Source: an uncultured Chloroflexia bacterium
GTDB lineage: Bacteria; Chloroflexota; Ktedonobacteria; Ktedonobacterales; JADMIN01
Assembly: GCA_963718915.1 (NCBI GenBank)
Contig: CAVRAI010000013.1
Coordinates: 390,001 to 422,000, forward strand
DNA: 32,000 nucleotides
Direction of reading: 5' to 3'
This document shows positions 1 through 9,567 of the stretch, one piece after another. A program made the translations under genes and the position numbers. The notes beneath the pieces are model-generated. The model did no database searches, was not told where the DNA came from, and worked only from the letters and a program-made list of their open reading frames with translations. How positions within the stretch are numbered: position 1 is the stretch's first letter; each line of letters begins with the position of its first letter.

Positions 1-291
1 TTTCAGATCAAGTGGTATTTCTTCAAGGACGCCTTCCCCATGGCCCAAACCAATACCGCGTTCAGTGCTGAATATGCCTATGGCATACTGCGCGCATGCT
101 TTGAAGGCTGGACCACCTACCTGAAACAGGGCACGCCACTGCCTGGGTATCCAGGCTATAGCGCTGGTGACCTATGGGGCTGCCTTGGTCGATGGTACAG
201 CGGCTGGTGGTATACGCAAGATGCGCTCCAATACGTCGCGAAAGTGAAGACGGCGCTGGCCGACAAGACCTGGAAATCCCCCAACTTCTGA
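1..291 (+). CDS. C-terminal fragment of a transglycosylase (SLT)-like cell-wall hydrolase; 5' end lies outside the window
   Basis: The frame is open from nt 1 (FQIKWYFFKDAFPMAQ...), so the ATG at 40 is probably internal. The W/Y/G-rich tail GDLWGCLGRWYSGWWYTQDALQYVAKVK...WKSPNF resembles, from memory, the C-termini of actinobacterial SLT-domain proteins. The stop is at 289-291. Confidence 0.45.
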   Translation, partial: FQIKWYFFKDAFPMAQTNTAFSAEYAYGILRACFEGWTTYLKQGTPLPGYPGYSAGDLWGCLGRWYSGWWYTQDALQYVAKVKTALADKTWKSPNF

Positions 292-321
292 TGCTATCGC
301 CGATGGAGTTGTTGTATGTAT

Positions 322-360
322 AAAAATAGCCGCCGTAGCGTCAACGCTACGGCGAATTTC
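322..360. terminator. Bidirectional intrinsic terminator hairpin between convergent genes
   Basis: A 10-bp perfect stem cGCCGTAGCG / CGCTACGGCg (331-340 / 345-354) with loop tcaa. It is flanked by an A-tract (taaaaata) on one side and attt on the other. It sits between the + gene ending at 291 and the - gene ending at 443. Confidence 0.6.
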
Positions 361-442
361 CCCACCCAATCGGCGGGTCTTCATGCGCCGACGGGTGCCC
401 CCAACGTCAACGGTTCAGCTGGACTTGGTATGACAGAAAATG

Positions 443-1531
443 TCAGCCCACATAATTGATCATGGCAGAGGTTCCCGTGAAATAGGGGAATGGATCAACT
501 GGATTGTTATCCCACTCGACCATAAAGTGCAGGTGCGGCCCAGTGGACCAACCCGTGGAACCTTCCAGACCGATGGGGTCGCCCATCAGGACGTAGGCGC
601 CCGTTTTTACCAATAGCTTCTGCATGTGACCATAGAGCGTCGAGATGTGGTTGCAATTGTTGATTTTCACCGACCAGCCCAGGCCATTCGTGGCATCATA
701 GCCTGCCCATATGACCTGTCCTGATTGGGCGGCATGGATCGTGTTGCCATTCTGCGCCGCGAGATCGTCGCCATTGTGGTACCAGGAGAAACCGCGTACC
801 CAGTGCGAACCCCAGTTCGGTGAGTGCAGTTGATAGCTCAGGGGATTCCCGTGTCCATCAGGCGCACAGGGTGACTCCAGATCAGGCGTCCCCGATACTG
901 AGTTCCACCAGTTCGACCCATACACATTGCTCCCGCCATCTGAGGAGGTAACGACGAAGGTAGGCGGCCGATAGTCAGCGCCGTAGTTGTGATCGGTGGG
1001 TATCTTGTACGCCGTACCGATGGCAAGCTCCTGGCCCAGTAGTAGGCCATTCAGCTGGTAGATACCACCAATCTGCACATGGAACTGCTTTGCCAGCGCC
1101 TCCACATCATCGCCGGGCTGCGCGGTGTAGAGGAAGTAGGTAGGGCCTTTCTGCAGAACCAGAGACCCGGCGAGCGCCTGAAACGCCGTTATCTGGCTGG
1201 CGCCACTGGCGCCCATCGGAGTGATGGCAAAGATACCTGTCACCACGATTGCGGCCATGAGCGAAATCGCGGTGATACGCATCGTCAGCGGACGTTCACG
1301 CCGCTTGATGAACGGGTTGCCCATCGAGACGCCATCACCGGCAATTATGACAGGGCCAGTGTCGGACGACAGCTTCTCTAGCGCGCCACTGCCACTCCGC
1401 GCCACCAATGAGCGGTCTGATCGCGACTCACTCTCCCACTCGTCATCGCCATCCCATGTGTTCGGCCGATTGGCATCCGTGAAGTGTTCGTCATCATCAT
1501 GTCGCCTCGACCATGGCTGCCTCGTCCCCAT
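443..1531 (-). CDS. Membrane-anchored LysM + M23 (lysostaphin-type) metallopeptidase
   Basis: 362-aa ORF with its ATG at 1531 preceded by GAGGAGGG. It has one TM helix (ITAISLMAAIVVTGIFAI) and a LysM-like segment (YTAQPGDDVEALAKQFHVQIGGIYQLNGL). M23 signatures are HNGDD (HxxxD) and GPHLHF (HxH). Confidence 0.85.
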   Translation of the reverse strand: MGTRQPWSRRHDDDEHFTDANRPNTWDGDDEWESESRSDRSLVARSGSGALEKLSSDTGPVIIAGDGVSMGNPFIKRRERPLTMRITAISLMAAIVVTGIFAITPMGASGASQITAFQALAGSLVLQKGPTYFLYTAQPGDDVEALAKQFHVQIGGIYQLNGLLLGQELAIGTAYKIPTDHNYGADYRPPTFVVTSSDGGSNVYGSNWWNSVSGTPDLESPCAPDGHGNPLSYQLHSPNWGSHWVRGFSWYHNGDDLAAQNGNTIHAAQSGQVIWAGYDATNGLGWSVKINNCNHISTLYGHMQKLLVKTGAYVLMGDPIGLEGSTGWSTGPHLHFMVEWDNNPVDPFPYFTGTSAMINYVG

Positions 1532-1623
1532 ATCCTGTCCCTCCTCGACGGTATTATGTTTCCGCGCTCAACCACAGACATCGTGCCGTGGCAGCCACTG
1601 GTCAGATGCATGGCCTCCTTGGA

Positions 1624-1652
1624 AATCTAAGCGAGCAAAACCCAGGCGTCAA
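1624..1652 (-). promoter_or_regulatory. Candidate sigma70-type promoter for the M23 peptidase gene
   Basis: On the minus strand: TTGACG (1652-1647), a 17-nt spacer, then TAGATT (1629-1624), about 90 nt upstream of the ATG at 1531. This is a pattern match only. Confidence 0.35.
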
Positions 1653-1732
1653 GCGGCGCGCCCGGTATGGCTATGCCGCGATAATCTGCGTACGCGCTTT
1701 TGCCGACCGACCTCGTCCAGGTTACGGTTGAG

Positions 1733-1924
1733 TTACGGCTCTTGTACGCCAATGTAACTCTGTGGGTCTTTGTCGAACCGATTTTTGCATCCCATCGCGC
1801 AGAAATAGTAGATCTTCCCCTGGTACTCGCTGGTGGCCACCGCCGTTGACGGATCCACCTCCATCCCACAGACCGGGTCGGTCGCCAGCGTGGTCTGGTC
1901 GTCCCGCGTGTCTTGCGTCTCCAT
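1733..1924 (-). CDS. YHS/TRASH-type small metal-binding protein, last gene of the copper operon
   Basis: METQDTRDDQTTLATDPVCGMEVDPSTAVATSEYQGKIYYFCAMGCKNRFDKDPQSY carries the CGM...YYFC..GC pattern of YHS domains. The ATG at 1924 lies 16 nt after the stop of the upstream ATPase. The longer ORF reaching 2008 overlaps that ATPase and is unlikely to be used. Confidence 0.75.
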   Translation of the reverse strand: METQDTRDDQTTLATDPVCGMEVDPSTAVATSEYQGKIYYFCAMGCKNRFDKDPQSYIGVQEP

Positions 1925-1940
1925 GGTGTTGTTGCCCTTT

Positions 1941-4469
1941 CTATCGAGTGCTTGTCGAATTCGCGGACGCCGCGCCACCCGCATCCAATGGCGGGTCAGC
2001 CCGAGCACCCTCGCCTTGTGGTCTACCCTCTATTGTCTGATTGTGTGGGTCTGCCCGGAGTGTCGGCTCGACGGTTTTGAGCAGCACCGCATTCGTCGCG
2101 ACGGTAATCGACGAGGCGCTCATTGCCAGCGCCGCAATCGCTGGATTGAGCAGAATGCCCAGCGGATACAGGATGCCCGCCGCAATCGGAATGGCAACGA
2201 CATTGTAGATCGCCGCCCAGAAGAGGTTTTGCTTCATCTTGCGCACGGTCGCCTTCGAGAGTCTGATGGCCGCCAGCACATCGAACGGGTCGCTACGCAT
2301 CAGCACGATCTCCGCCGTCTCGATGGCCACTCCAGTTCCGGCGCCGATAGCGATGCCAAGGTTGGCCTGAGCCAGGGCAGGAGCATCGTTCACGCCATCG
2401 CCAACCATCACCGTGAATAGCCCCTCGTCTTGCAGACGCTTGACGTAGCTTGCCTTCTCGACTGGCAACACCTCCGCGAAGATGCGCTCAGGCGCCATGC
2501 CCAGCGCCTGTCCCACTGCCTCAGCCGTATGACGGTTATCGCCCGTCAGCATGGCCACCTGAATGCCCAACGACTGAAGCTCCTCGATGGTCTGGCGCGC
2601 GGTTGGCCGGATGCTATCCGCGACAGCGATTAACCCCACTGGCTCTCCTTGGCGGGCGACCAGCATCACCGTTTTCCCCTGCTCCTGCAATGCCGTTGCC
2701 CGCCGCTGCTCGACTTCCGACAAATGCACCTCATTCTCGGCAAGCAACATCGGCGTGCCGATGATGACCAGCGCACCCTCCACTTGAGCACGTATACCGC
2801 CGCCCGCGACAGATGCGAAATCATCATATGGGAGGGTAGCCAGCCTGCGCTGGGTGGCCTCCGCGACAATCGTTCGCGCCAGAGGATGCTCGGCGTCCGT
2901 CTCGGCAGCAGCCGCCGCTTGCAAGAGGCCTGTCTCGTCGAGATGTTGCGCGTTCCCTGCGGCGAGGAGGATCAGATCGGTCACAGATGGCTTGCCCTCG
3001 GTCAGGGTACCTGTCTTATCGAAGATGATGGCCTGGATGCGTGAGGCTTGTTCCAGCGCCGTGGCATTTTTGATGAGGATGCCATTGCGCGCCCCGATGC
3101 CAGTCCCAACGGCTACAGCGGTGGGCGTGGCCAGCCCCAGCGCATCCGGGCAAGCGATGACCACGGCGGTCACGGCAAGCGTTAGCGCGAACAGGGCCGA
3201 CTCGTGAATCACAAAGAACCAGATCAGGAAGGTCAGAAGGCCCGCGCTGACCGCTGCGATGACGAGATACTCCGCCGCCCTATCGGCGAGGCGCTGGGCG
3301 GGCGCCTTCGAGTTCTGTGCCGTCTGCACCAGTTGAACAATCTGGGCGAGGGCAGTATCGCTGCCCACTTTGGTGGCGCGCAACCGTAACGAGCCGCTGC
3401 CATTAACTGTTCCGCCAATCACCTCGTCACCTTCTGACTTGGAGACCGGCAGACTCTCGCCCGTGATCATACTCTCATCCACCGCGCTCGCGCCCTCGGT
3501 GACGACGCCGTCGGTTGGCGCCTTCTCGCCAGGCCGCAGCATCAGGAGGTCGCCCACATGCACTGCTTCAACGGGCACGGTGGTGATCCGCCCATCAGGG
3601 CCAATCAGATTCGCCTGACTCGGCGCAAGGCGCAGCAGCGCGTTCAGGGCATCGGACGAACCACGGCGGCTACGCATCTCCATCCAGTGGCCAAAGAGGA
3701 CAAATGTGACCAGCATCGCGGCAGCGTCGAAGCTGGTCTCGACCGTTGGAGCGAAGAGTGTCGCAAAGACGCTGAACAGATAGGCCACCAGCACACCCAG
3801 GCTGACCAGCACATTCATGTCTAGTGCGCGGTTACGCAACGCGCGGTACGCCCCTGAGTGGAAGGTCCAGCCGCAATACCAGACTACCGGTGTCGTCAAG
3901 ACGAGCAATATCCAGTTAGGGTTGACGCCAAACGATGGCATGTGGATGCGCAATACATGCACACCCAGTGGTGAGTAGAGGATAATCGGAATCGTGAGGA
4001 CGAGCGCGATGAAGAAGCGTCGGCGCATGTCGGCTTCCATGGCTCTCGCCATCGCCGGGTCACTCATGTCGTGCATCCCACCATGCATTTCCTGCGTTCC
4101 CTGCGCGCCTATGCCCGCATGCGCCATCCCGCCATGATCCGCGGCGAATTCCATCTCCGCATTTTGCCCGTGCCGCATCTCTGGAACGTTTTCGTCGGCG
4201 GAGGGATTGGTCGCGTGCGACGCCTGTGCAGATGCCTGGAGCCGATTCATGGCCGTCATAGGTTCGCCGCAGGCAAAGCCACAATCCCTGACGAGATCGC
4301 GCAGTGCGGATTCGCTGATATGCCGTTCGTCATAGGTCACCGTGACCGTCTGCGTGACGTAACTGGCATCGACTACGGAGACCGCTGCCAGCGCTCCCAG
4401 CCGCTTCTCGATACTGCGCGCGCATGTCGCGAAGTTCAATCCTTCGACGGGAAGCGTGACGGTTTGCAT
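1941..4469 (-). CDS. Atypical P1B-type heavy-metal ATPase (CopB-like), with a Met/His-rich N-terminus, a degenerate HMA domain and a CPD transmembrane motif
   Basis: 842 aa; the ATG at 4469 is preceded by GGAGGAG. P-type motifs present: [22 protein letters not shown] and MSASS..NA. The transmembrane metal motif reads [13 protein letters not shown], that is CPD rather than CPC or CPH. The N-terminal ferredoxin-like domain has LNFATCARS where GMTCxxC is expected, followed by HGGMAHAG...[10 protein letters not shown]. Confidence 0.9.
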   Translation of the reverse strand: MQTVTLPVEGLNFATCARSIEKRLGALAAVSVVDASYVTQTVTVTYDERHISESALRDLVRDCGFACGEPMTAMNRLQASAQASHATNPSADENVPEMRHGQNAEMEFAADHGGMAHAGIGAQGTQEMHGGMHDMSDPAMARAMEADMRRRFFIALVLTIPIILYSPLGVHVLRIHMPSFGVNPNWILLVLTTPVVWYCGWTFHSGAYRALRNRALDMNVLVSLGVLVAYLFSVFATLFAPTVETSFDAAAMLVTFVLFGHWMEMRSRRGSSDALNALLRLAPSQANLIGPDGRITTVPVEAVHVGDLLMLRPGEKAPTDGVVTEGASAVDESMITGESLPVSKSEGDEVIGGTVNGSGSLRLRATKVGSDTALAQIVQLVQTAQNSKAPAQRLADRAAEYLVIAAVSAGLLTFLIWFFVIHESALFALTLAVTAVVIACPDALGLATPTAVAVGTGIGARNGILIKNATALEQASRIQAIIFDKTGTLTEGKPSVTDLILLAAGNAQHLDETGLLQAAAAAETDAEHPLARTIVAEATQRRLATLPYDDFASVAGGGIRAQVEGALVIIGTPMLLAENEVHLSEVEQRRATALQEQGKTVMLVARQGEPVGLIAVADSIRPTARQTIEELQSLGIQVAMLTGDNRHTAEAVGQALGMAPERIFAEVLPVEKASYVKRLQDEGLFTVMVGDGVNDAPALAQANLGIAIGAGTGVAIETAEIVLMRSDPFDVLAAIRLSKATVRKMKQNLFWAAIYNVVAIPIAAGILYPLGILLNPAIAALAMSASSITVATNAVLLKTVEPTLRADPHNQTIEGRPQGEGARADPPLDAGGAASANSTSTR

Positions 4470-4509
4470 CGGTCTCCTCCTGGCAAGGTTGGCAGGATCG
4501 TGCGGATGG

Positions 4510-4728
4510 CTACTTCGCGACCGAATAACCCTCGTCGTCCAGCGTCGCCTCGATCTGCTCCAACGAGACCTGGGCGGGGTCGTATTGCAGTTGGACAGTT
4601 CTGGTGGGAATATCGGTACTCACCGATTCGATGCCTGGCAGCGCGCCCAGCGCGCCATTGATCGTCTTGACACAGTGCTCGCAACTGATATCGGGAACGG
4701 AAAGTATCGCTTCCTGAGTGATCGCCAT
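4510..4728 (-). CDS. copZ: CopZ-like copper chaperone (HMA domain)
   Basis: [36 protein letters not shown]... contains a CxxC metal site (CEHC) in a ~72-aa ferredoxin-like fold. The ATG at 4728 is preceded by GGAG. The upstream extension to 4809 is probably not translated. Confidence 0.8.
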   Translation of the reverse strand: MAITQEAILSVPDISCEHCVKTINGALGALPGIESVSTDIPTRTVQLQYDPAQVSLEQIEATLDDEGYSVAK

Positions 4729-4821
4729 ATGATGATGCTCCAATCGAACCCGCTGGCCCCGGTGAGAGCCAGCGCTATACAACATCTCGATGTCGCAGGC
4801 GTAGGCCACGTCCGCGACTCA

Positions 4822-7209
4822 CTATGCCGCGAGAACCGCCGCCGACTCCCGCACACGGCCGAATCGGCGTAGCGAGAGGGAATTTGTCACGACAGTTACC
4901 GACGAGAGCGCCATCGCCGCAGCGGCAAAGATCGGCGCGGTCTCTCGCAGGAACGGGATTGCGGGCGACGCGATAGCGATGGGGATTAATATCGTGTTGT
5001 AGGCGAAGGCCCAGAACAGGTTCTGCCTGATCTTCCGCATTGTCGCATGTGACAGGTCGAGCGCCGTCACCAGACTGCGCAAGTTGCCTTTAACAAGCGC
5101 GATATCCGCCGTCTCCATCGCGACATCGGTTCCCGTACCCATCGCGATGCCGACATCGGCCTGCGCAAGGGCTGGCGCGTCGTTGATGCCGTCCCCGGCG
5201 AACGCCACGACAGCGCCATTGGCTTGCAGTCGTTTCACCTGCATCGCCTTCGCGTCGGGCAAGACCTCCGCCAGCACATTGTCCACGGGGATGCCAACCT
5301 GCTCGGCGATACTCTGGGCCGTGCGTGGATTATCGCCTGTAATCATCCAGACGGTGATTCCTCGCGCCTGAAGCCGGGCAATCGCCTCCGCCGAGCCGAC
5401 TTTCACCGTGTCGGCGACGCCGAGAATTCCCGCAACCGCGCCATCCACCGCGACCAGCATGGCCGTCTTGCCAGCGGCCTCCAGAGGAGTCAGCGCGTCC
5501 TCAAGCGCTTCAGTCTCGAAGCCATGTCCAGCCATCAGTTTGCGCGTGCCAAGCCAGAGGTCGTGTCCCGCGATGCGCGCCTCGATCCCGCCACCAGGAA
5601 CCGCTGCGAACCGCTCTACCGGCGTGGCGGACACGATGCCGCGACCCTTCGCGCCATCCACGATTGCCCTCGCCAACGGGTGCTCGGAAGCGCCTTCCGC
5701 GCCAGCCGCCAGCCGTAGCAACTCATCCTGAGTCAAAGGAATTCCTGGAGCCACAACGACATCGGTCAATTCAGGCTTGCCGCGTGTAATCGTGCCCGTT
5801 TTGTCGAGCACAACAGCGCTCACCGTCTCGATGCGCTCCAGACTCTCGCCGCCCTTGATAAGCACGCCCTGCTCGGCGCCCTGTCCCGTGCCGACCATAA
5901 TCGCCGTCGGCGTTGCCAGACCCAACGCGCAGGGGCAGGCGACCACCAGCACAGCAATCGCCGCGACCAGCGCCACAATCCACGGACTCGTCGCCGCCAT
6001 ACTCTCAGCCGCAACCTGCGGTGCAAAGCCAAAGATATATCCAGCCACGGTCCAGCCAATGAAGGTCAGCAGCGCAACGACGAGAACCGCCGGGACAAAG
6101 ATGCCAGAGACGGTATCGGCGAGCCGCTGAATCGGCGCCTTCGATCCCTGCGCCTGTTCGACCATCCGAATGATGCCCGCCAGCATAGTCTCGCTGCCCA
6201 CGCGGGTCGCACGCACACGGAGCATGCCAGTCTGGTTGATGGTCGCGCCGATGACGGTCTCACCAGCGCCTTTCTCAACCGGCAGACTCTCGCCCGTCAG
6301 CATGGACTCATCCACAGGCGAACTGCCGGATAGAACGACGCCATCCGTTGGAATTTTCTCGCCCGGCCGCACGATCAACTCGTCCCCGACCACCACTTGG
6401 TCAAGGGGCGCATCCAGCTCGCGACCACCACGCACCACATGGGCGACATCTGCCCGCAAGCCCGCAAGCCGCTTGATGGCCTCGTTGGTCTGGCCTTTGG
6501 CGCGCGCCTCCAGGTACTTGCCAAGGTAGATCAGCGTGACGATCAGAGCGGTGGTGTCGTAGAAGGTGGTCATGCCGACAACGCCCGGCCAGATGGTTGC
6601 CACGACGCTCATCAGAAAGGCGGCCGTCGAACCGAGGCTCACCAGCACATCCATATTCGCGCCAAAGTGCCGCACGACACGCAGCGCCGTCCGGTGAAAG
6701 TCCCAGCCAACATAGGCCCAGATCGGCGTCGTCAGCGCCAGCAGCAGCCAGTTTTCGCCGGGAAAGCGATTCATGAAGAACATTGAAAGGACGATGACTG
6801 GAATCGAGAGCGCGATTCCCAGCAAGAGCGTGTTGCGCCGCCGAACCAGATCGCGCTGTCGTCGGACCGATTCCGCGTCAGGCTCATATTCCCCTACCCC
6901 GTTGGCGACGGGCACTGGCGCGACAACCATCTCTTCGGCGCCGTAGCCAGCCTTTTCGACCGCGCCGATCAGGTCAGCTATCGTCGTCTCGTCTGGCGCG
7001 AAGGTCACGGTGGCCCGCTCTGTCGCCAGGTTGACGCTCGCCTCAGCGACGCCCGGCACTTTGCTCAGGCTGCGCTCGACCCGCCGGACGCACGACGCGC
7101 AGGTCATCCCCTCCACCACGAGTGTTGTGGTGTGCGACCCCGGCGCTGGCGTCTGAGGTGCTGCCTTTATCAGTGGATTTATCTGTCTGCGATCCTGTAA
7201 CTCTGCCAT
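4822..7209 (-). CDS. copA: Canonical Cu(I)-exporting P1B-1 ATPase
   Basis: 795 aa. N-terminal HMA domain with GMTCASC, TGES, a CPC motif ([13 protein letters not shown]), [17 protein letters not shown], and YN....P plus M..SS in the last helices. Confidence 0.93.
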   Translation of the reverse strand: MAELQDRRQINPLIKAAPQTPAPGSHTTTLVVEGMTCASCVRRVERSLSKVPGVAEASVNLATERATVTFAPDETTIADLIGAVEKAGYGAEEMVVAPVPVANGVGEYEPDAESVRRQRDLVRRRNTLLLGIALSIPVIVLSMFFMNRFPGENWLLLALTTPIWAYVGWDFHRTALRVVRHFGANMDVLVSLGSTAAFLMSVVATIWPGVVGMTTFYDTTALIVTLIYLGKYLEARAKGQTNEAIKRLAGLRADVAHVVRGGRELDAPLDQVVVGDELIVRPGEKIPTDGVVLSGSSPVDESMLTGESLPVEKGAGETVIGATINQTGMLRVRATRVGSETMLAGIIRMVEQAQGSKAPIQRLADTVSGIFVPAVLVVALLTFIGWTVAGYIFGFAPQVAAESMAATSPWIVALVAAIAVLVVACPCALGLATPTAIMVGTGQGAEQGVLIKGGESLERIETVSAVVLDKTGTITRGKPELTDVVVAPGIPLTQDELLRLAAGAEGASEHPLARAIVDGAKGRGIVSATPVERFAAVPGGGIEARIAGHDLWLGTRKLMAGHGFETEALEDALTPLEAAGKTAMLVAVDGAVAGILGVADTVKVGSAEAIARLQARGITVWMITGDNPRTAQSIAEQVGIPVDNVLAEVLPDAKAMQVKRLQANGAVVAFAGDGINDAPALAQADVGIAMGTGTDVAMETADIALVKGNLRSLVTALDLSHATMRKIRQNLFWAFAYNTILIPIAIASPAIPFLRETAPIFAAAAMALSSVTVVTNSLSLRRFGRVRESAAVLAA

Positions 7210-7280
7210 GGTTCTCGCCCTGTTGCTCTATAAGCGAACGGAAGCAGTCTCGCTCAACATGTCTGTGATACCCTGGATAC

Positions 7281-7547
7281 TTACCGGTTGCCCGCCAGGT
7301 TATAGAGCTGCACCAGCTCCTCGACAACCTCGTTTTCGCGCCCCTCGCGAATGCCCTCGGGCACGCAGCCGTGCAGATGATCTTCGAGAATCATCGCCTC
7401 GAGCTTCTCGATGGCCTTGCGCACGGCGTAGGTCTGTCGCAGGATGTCTACGCAGTATTTGTCTTCTTCGACCATCTTGCGAATGCCGCCCAGATGGCCC
7501 TCGATATAGTTCAGCCGCTTGAGTACACTGGCTTTATCGGCCTGCAT
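7281..7547 (-). CDS. csoR: CsoR-family copper-sensing transcriptional repressor
   Basis: MQADKASVLKRLNYIEGHLGGIRKMVEEDKYCVDILRQ...EDHLHGC matches the DUF156/CsoR pattern, with the Cys...His-x3-Cys ligand set. The ATG at 7547 was chosen over the longer ORF because the operator and promoter lie immediately upstream. Confidence 0.88.
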   Translation of the reverse strand: MQADKASVLKRLNYIEGHLGGIRKMVEEDKYCVDILRQTYAVRKAIEKLEAMILEDHLHGCVPEGIREGRENEVVEELVQLYNLAGNR

Positions 7548-7569
7548 CGTCGTCCTCGCTTTCACACCC

Positions 7570-7590
7570 ATACCCCCTGGGTAGGGGTAT
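7570..7590. promoter_or_regulatory. CsoR-type operator (GC-tract inverted repeat)
   Basis: ATACCCCctgggtaGGGGTAT has perfect 7-bp inverted arms (7570-7576 / 7584-7590). It lies 23-43 nt upstream of the csoR ATG, and its pattern resembles known CsoR operators (TACCC...GGGTA type). Confidence 0.7.
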
Positions 7591-7615
7591 AACTGAAGCA
7601 TAGCACAACCGTCAA
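7586..7615 (-). promoter_or_regulatory. Candidate promoter of the csoR-copA-copZ-ATPase-YHS operon
   Basis: On the minus strand: TTGACG (7615-7610), an 18-nt spacer, then TATACC (7591-7586). The -10 overlaps the operator arm, as expected for repression by occlusion. Confidence 0.5.
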
Positions 7616-7688
7616 GGGTCGTGCAAACGACGATTAGCAAGCAATCTGACCGGGTAGCGGTTCAGGCCATGTACGGGCCGATCCGGGG

Positions 7689-8957
7689 TTAGCGGGGCAG
7701 CTTGTAGTGGAAGTTCTTGGGGACGATGACCACGTTGCGGGGACGCGCCATCTGATCGTAGGTACCAATCGGCAGCGACTTCATGTAGTACAGTGACGAA
7801 TCCGTGAGGCGGATCCTCGAGCTATTGCCACCAGTCATGACCAGAACGTGGCCGCCTGAGAGGAAATGAAAGTAGCCCGTGGTCGCGCGCATATTGACCA
7901 GGACGGGAATGCCAAGTGTATTGGTCAGATAGAGCATCTGCTTATAGGAAAGCGGGTTGTTGGCGAGATACACATCCGCGCGCAGGCCATATTTGGAGAC
8001 GACCTTGTTGAAGGCGTTGTAGGTAAGCAATCCCCAGGTCGGAGAGATATCGGCGCCCATTTCGCGGATAATGCGCCCAATGGTCATATGCGGCAGGCCA
8101 TAGGCGGTTAATACCTCGGCGAGCGAGGCCGCGCTACATGCCGAGCCAGCCCACCGATTGAATTGCGCTCTGCTGTCATAGAGATCGACGCGCTTCATCT
8201 GCGTCATCGGTTGGATGCGGCTCGCCATTTTGCCATCAAAACGGTAGGCTGTCTGGGCGCTCCCCACAGACGCGACAATGCCAGACGCGGCGCCACTGCT
8301 GGCAGCCCAGGGAAATGGCGCAAGCGGCAACCCGGGTTGGCCAACAACTTGCAGGCCGGACGAGAGCACATAATAGAGCACGAGCGAGATCAGCAGGGTT
8401 CGCACAATACCTGTGGCCGTCCGTCCCATGCGGCTGGGCGGGCGCTGATCCTTCGCACCCGGCAGGACAACATACTGGCGTGTCGCCGGAACGATGGTCA
8501 GAGTATTGTGCACGTCGCCAGGTTCATCCTGGCTATCGCGTGGTACGAAAGCACGGTTTACACGGGTTACCAGTGGCCGCGCGGTCGTCGCCGCACGCTC
8601 TCTGCTTGACGATGATGTCTCAGGACTCCACTCATCCCATTCGCTCCACGTACGCCATGGATCCTGCCAGATCGTCTCCGCATCCGTGTCAGCGCGGGCG
8701 CCAATTGGCGAACCAACACGAGGAAGATACCAGGTCTCAGTGACCGTTTCGTCCTGGTCATCCAGGAGATCTCTACCTGCGGTGCGCCAGACGCCTGGGG
8801 TATTACCGCTGCGGACGCCGTGCGACTCAGGCATCACATATGGCCGATAGTGACGCGCCTCCTGACGGCTGGATCTTTTACCTCGTGGCTCGGTTGGCCC
8901 GCTACGATGCGGAAATGATTCGTCCATAGGGTCAAAATGCCAACCGTGCTGCGTCAC
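7689..8957 (-). CDS. Membrane-anchored protein with a C-terminal peptidase C39-like (papain-fold) domain
   Basis: 422 aa with a GTG start at 8957 (an internal ATG 30 nt downstream is an alternative). It has a long low-complexity N-terminus and one TM helix (LLISLVLYYVLSSGL). The C-terminal domain carries a candidate Cys (GSACSAASLAEVLTAYGL) and His (SGGHVLVMTG), as in Peptidase_C39_2-type domains. The family call is from memory. Confidence 0.55.
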   Translation of the reverse strand: MTQHGWHFDPMDESFPHRSGPTEPRGKRSSRQEARHYRPYVMPESHGVRSGNTPGVWRTAGRDLLDDQDETVTETWYLPRVGSPIGARADTDAETIWQDPWRTWSEWDEWSPETSSSSRERAATTARPLVTRVNRAFVPRDSQDEPGDVHNTLTIVPATRQYVVLPGAKDQRPPSRMGRTATGIVRTLLISLVLYYVLSSGLQVVGQPGLPLAPFPWAASSGAASGIVASVGSAQTAYRFDGKMASRIQPMTQMKRVDLYDSRAQFNRWAGSACSAASLAEVLTAYGLPHMTIGRIIREMGADISPTWGLLTYNAFNKVVSKYGLRADVYLANNPLSYKQMLYLTNTLGIPVLVNMRATTGYFHFLSGGHVLVMTGGNSSRIRLTDSSLYYMKSLPIGTYDQMARPRNVVIVPKNFHYKLPR

Positions 8958-9394
8958 GAGGAAGTCCTTCCCAGGAGTTCAGGAGAGCTTAGGCCCACAT
9001 CCTTGTTGCTGCGTCACCGCGCGCTCAGCTATCACGTGAGATAGCCAGCGGTGATTTCTGACACCACGTCAGATCAGGTTCAGTCATGATACAAGCGTGG
9101 CAAGCTCTTCCGTCAATGAGGGCTACCGAAATGTCCTGGGGCGGCAAACAGGGAGTAATTCAGGAAAAATCGGCCCCGAAAGCACGGCAAGCGGAGGTAA
9201 TAATCACCGAGCGGACGTGTACGCGCAAGAGACGCCTTAGTCGGGGGCTAACACTATACAGAGGCGCGACTGAGCGCAAAGAAAACACGCGCACATTCTG
9301 GGCTTTTTCCCATTGCGCGCGCGTTTTGTAGAGCCTGGACGTATTGCCTGACTCTGTTTCGATAAGGGTCCTTCGCCCCTGGCCCAGAGGCCCT

Positions 9395-9469
9395 TGGAGC
9401 GGGAGACGGGATTCGAACCCGCGACCCATTGCTTGGGAAGCAATTGCGCTACCACTGCGCCACTCCCGC
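9395..9469 (-). tRNA. tRNA-Gly (anticodon CCC)
   Basis: The reverse complement reads GCGGGAG TG GCGC AGTGGTA GCGC A ATTGC TTCCCAA GCAAT GGGTC GCGGG TTCGAAT CCCGT CTCCCGC T CCA. This gives a full cloverleaf with anticodon CCC, a GTTCGAAT T-loop and an encoded CCA, 75 nt in total. Confidence 0.95.
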
Positions 9470-9567
9470 GGAACACTTCCATCCTACCCCAAAACCAGCC
9501 GCTGGTCAAGGGGTCGCCCGCGGCTTGCAGCCTTGCCGCCAACTACGACGCAGGTTCGATGCGGCTT

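Noticed and set aside
1833-2420. 195-aa plus-strand ORF, and other plus-strand ORFs across 2.4-7.5 kb
   Set aside because: All are antisense to the two P-type ATPases, copZ and csoR, which have textbook motifs on the minus strand.
9000-9394. Possible small RNA or ORF (81 aa, 9086-9331) between the C39-like gene and tRNA-Gly
   Set aside because: The ORF has no RBS or domain. An imperfect palindrome, AAAACGCGCGC...GCGCGTGTTTT, is present at about 9285-9330. I could not assign any known RNA family, so there is insufficient evidence to call a feature.
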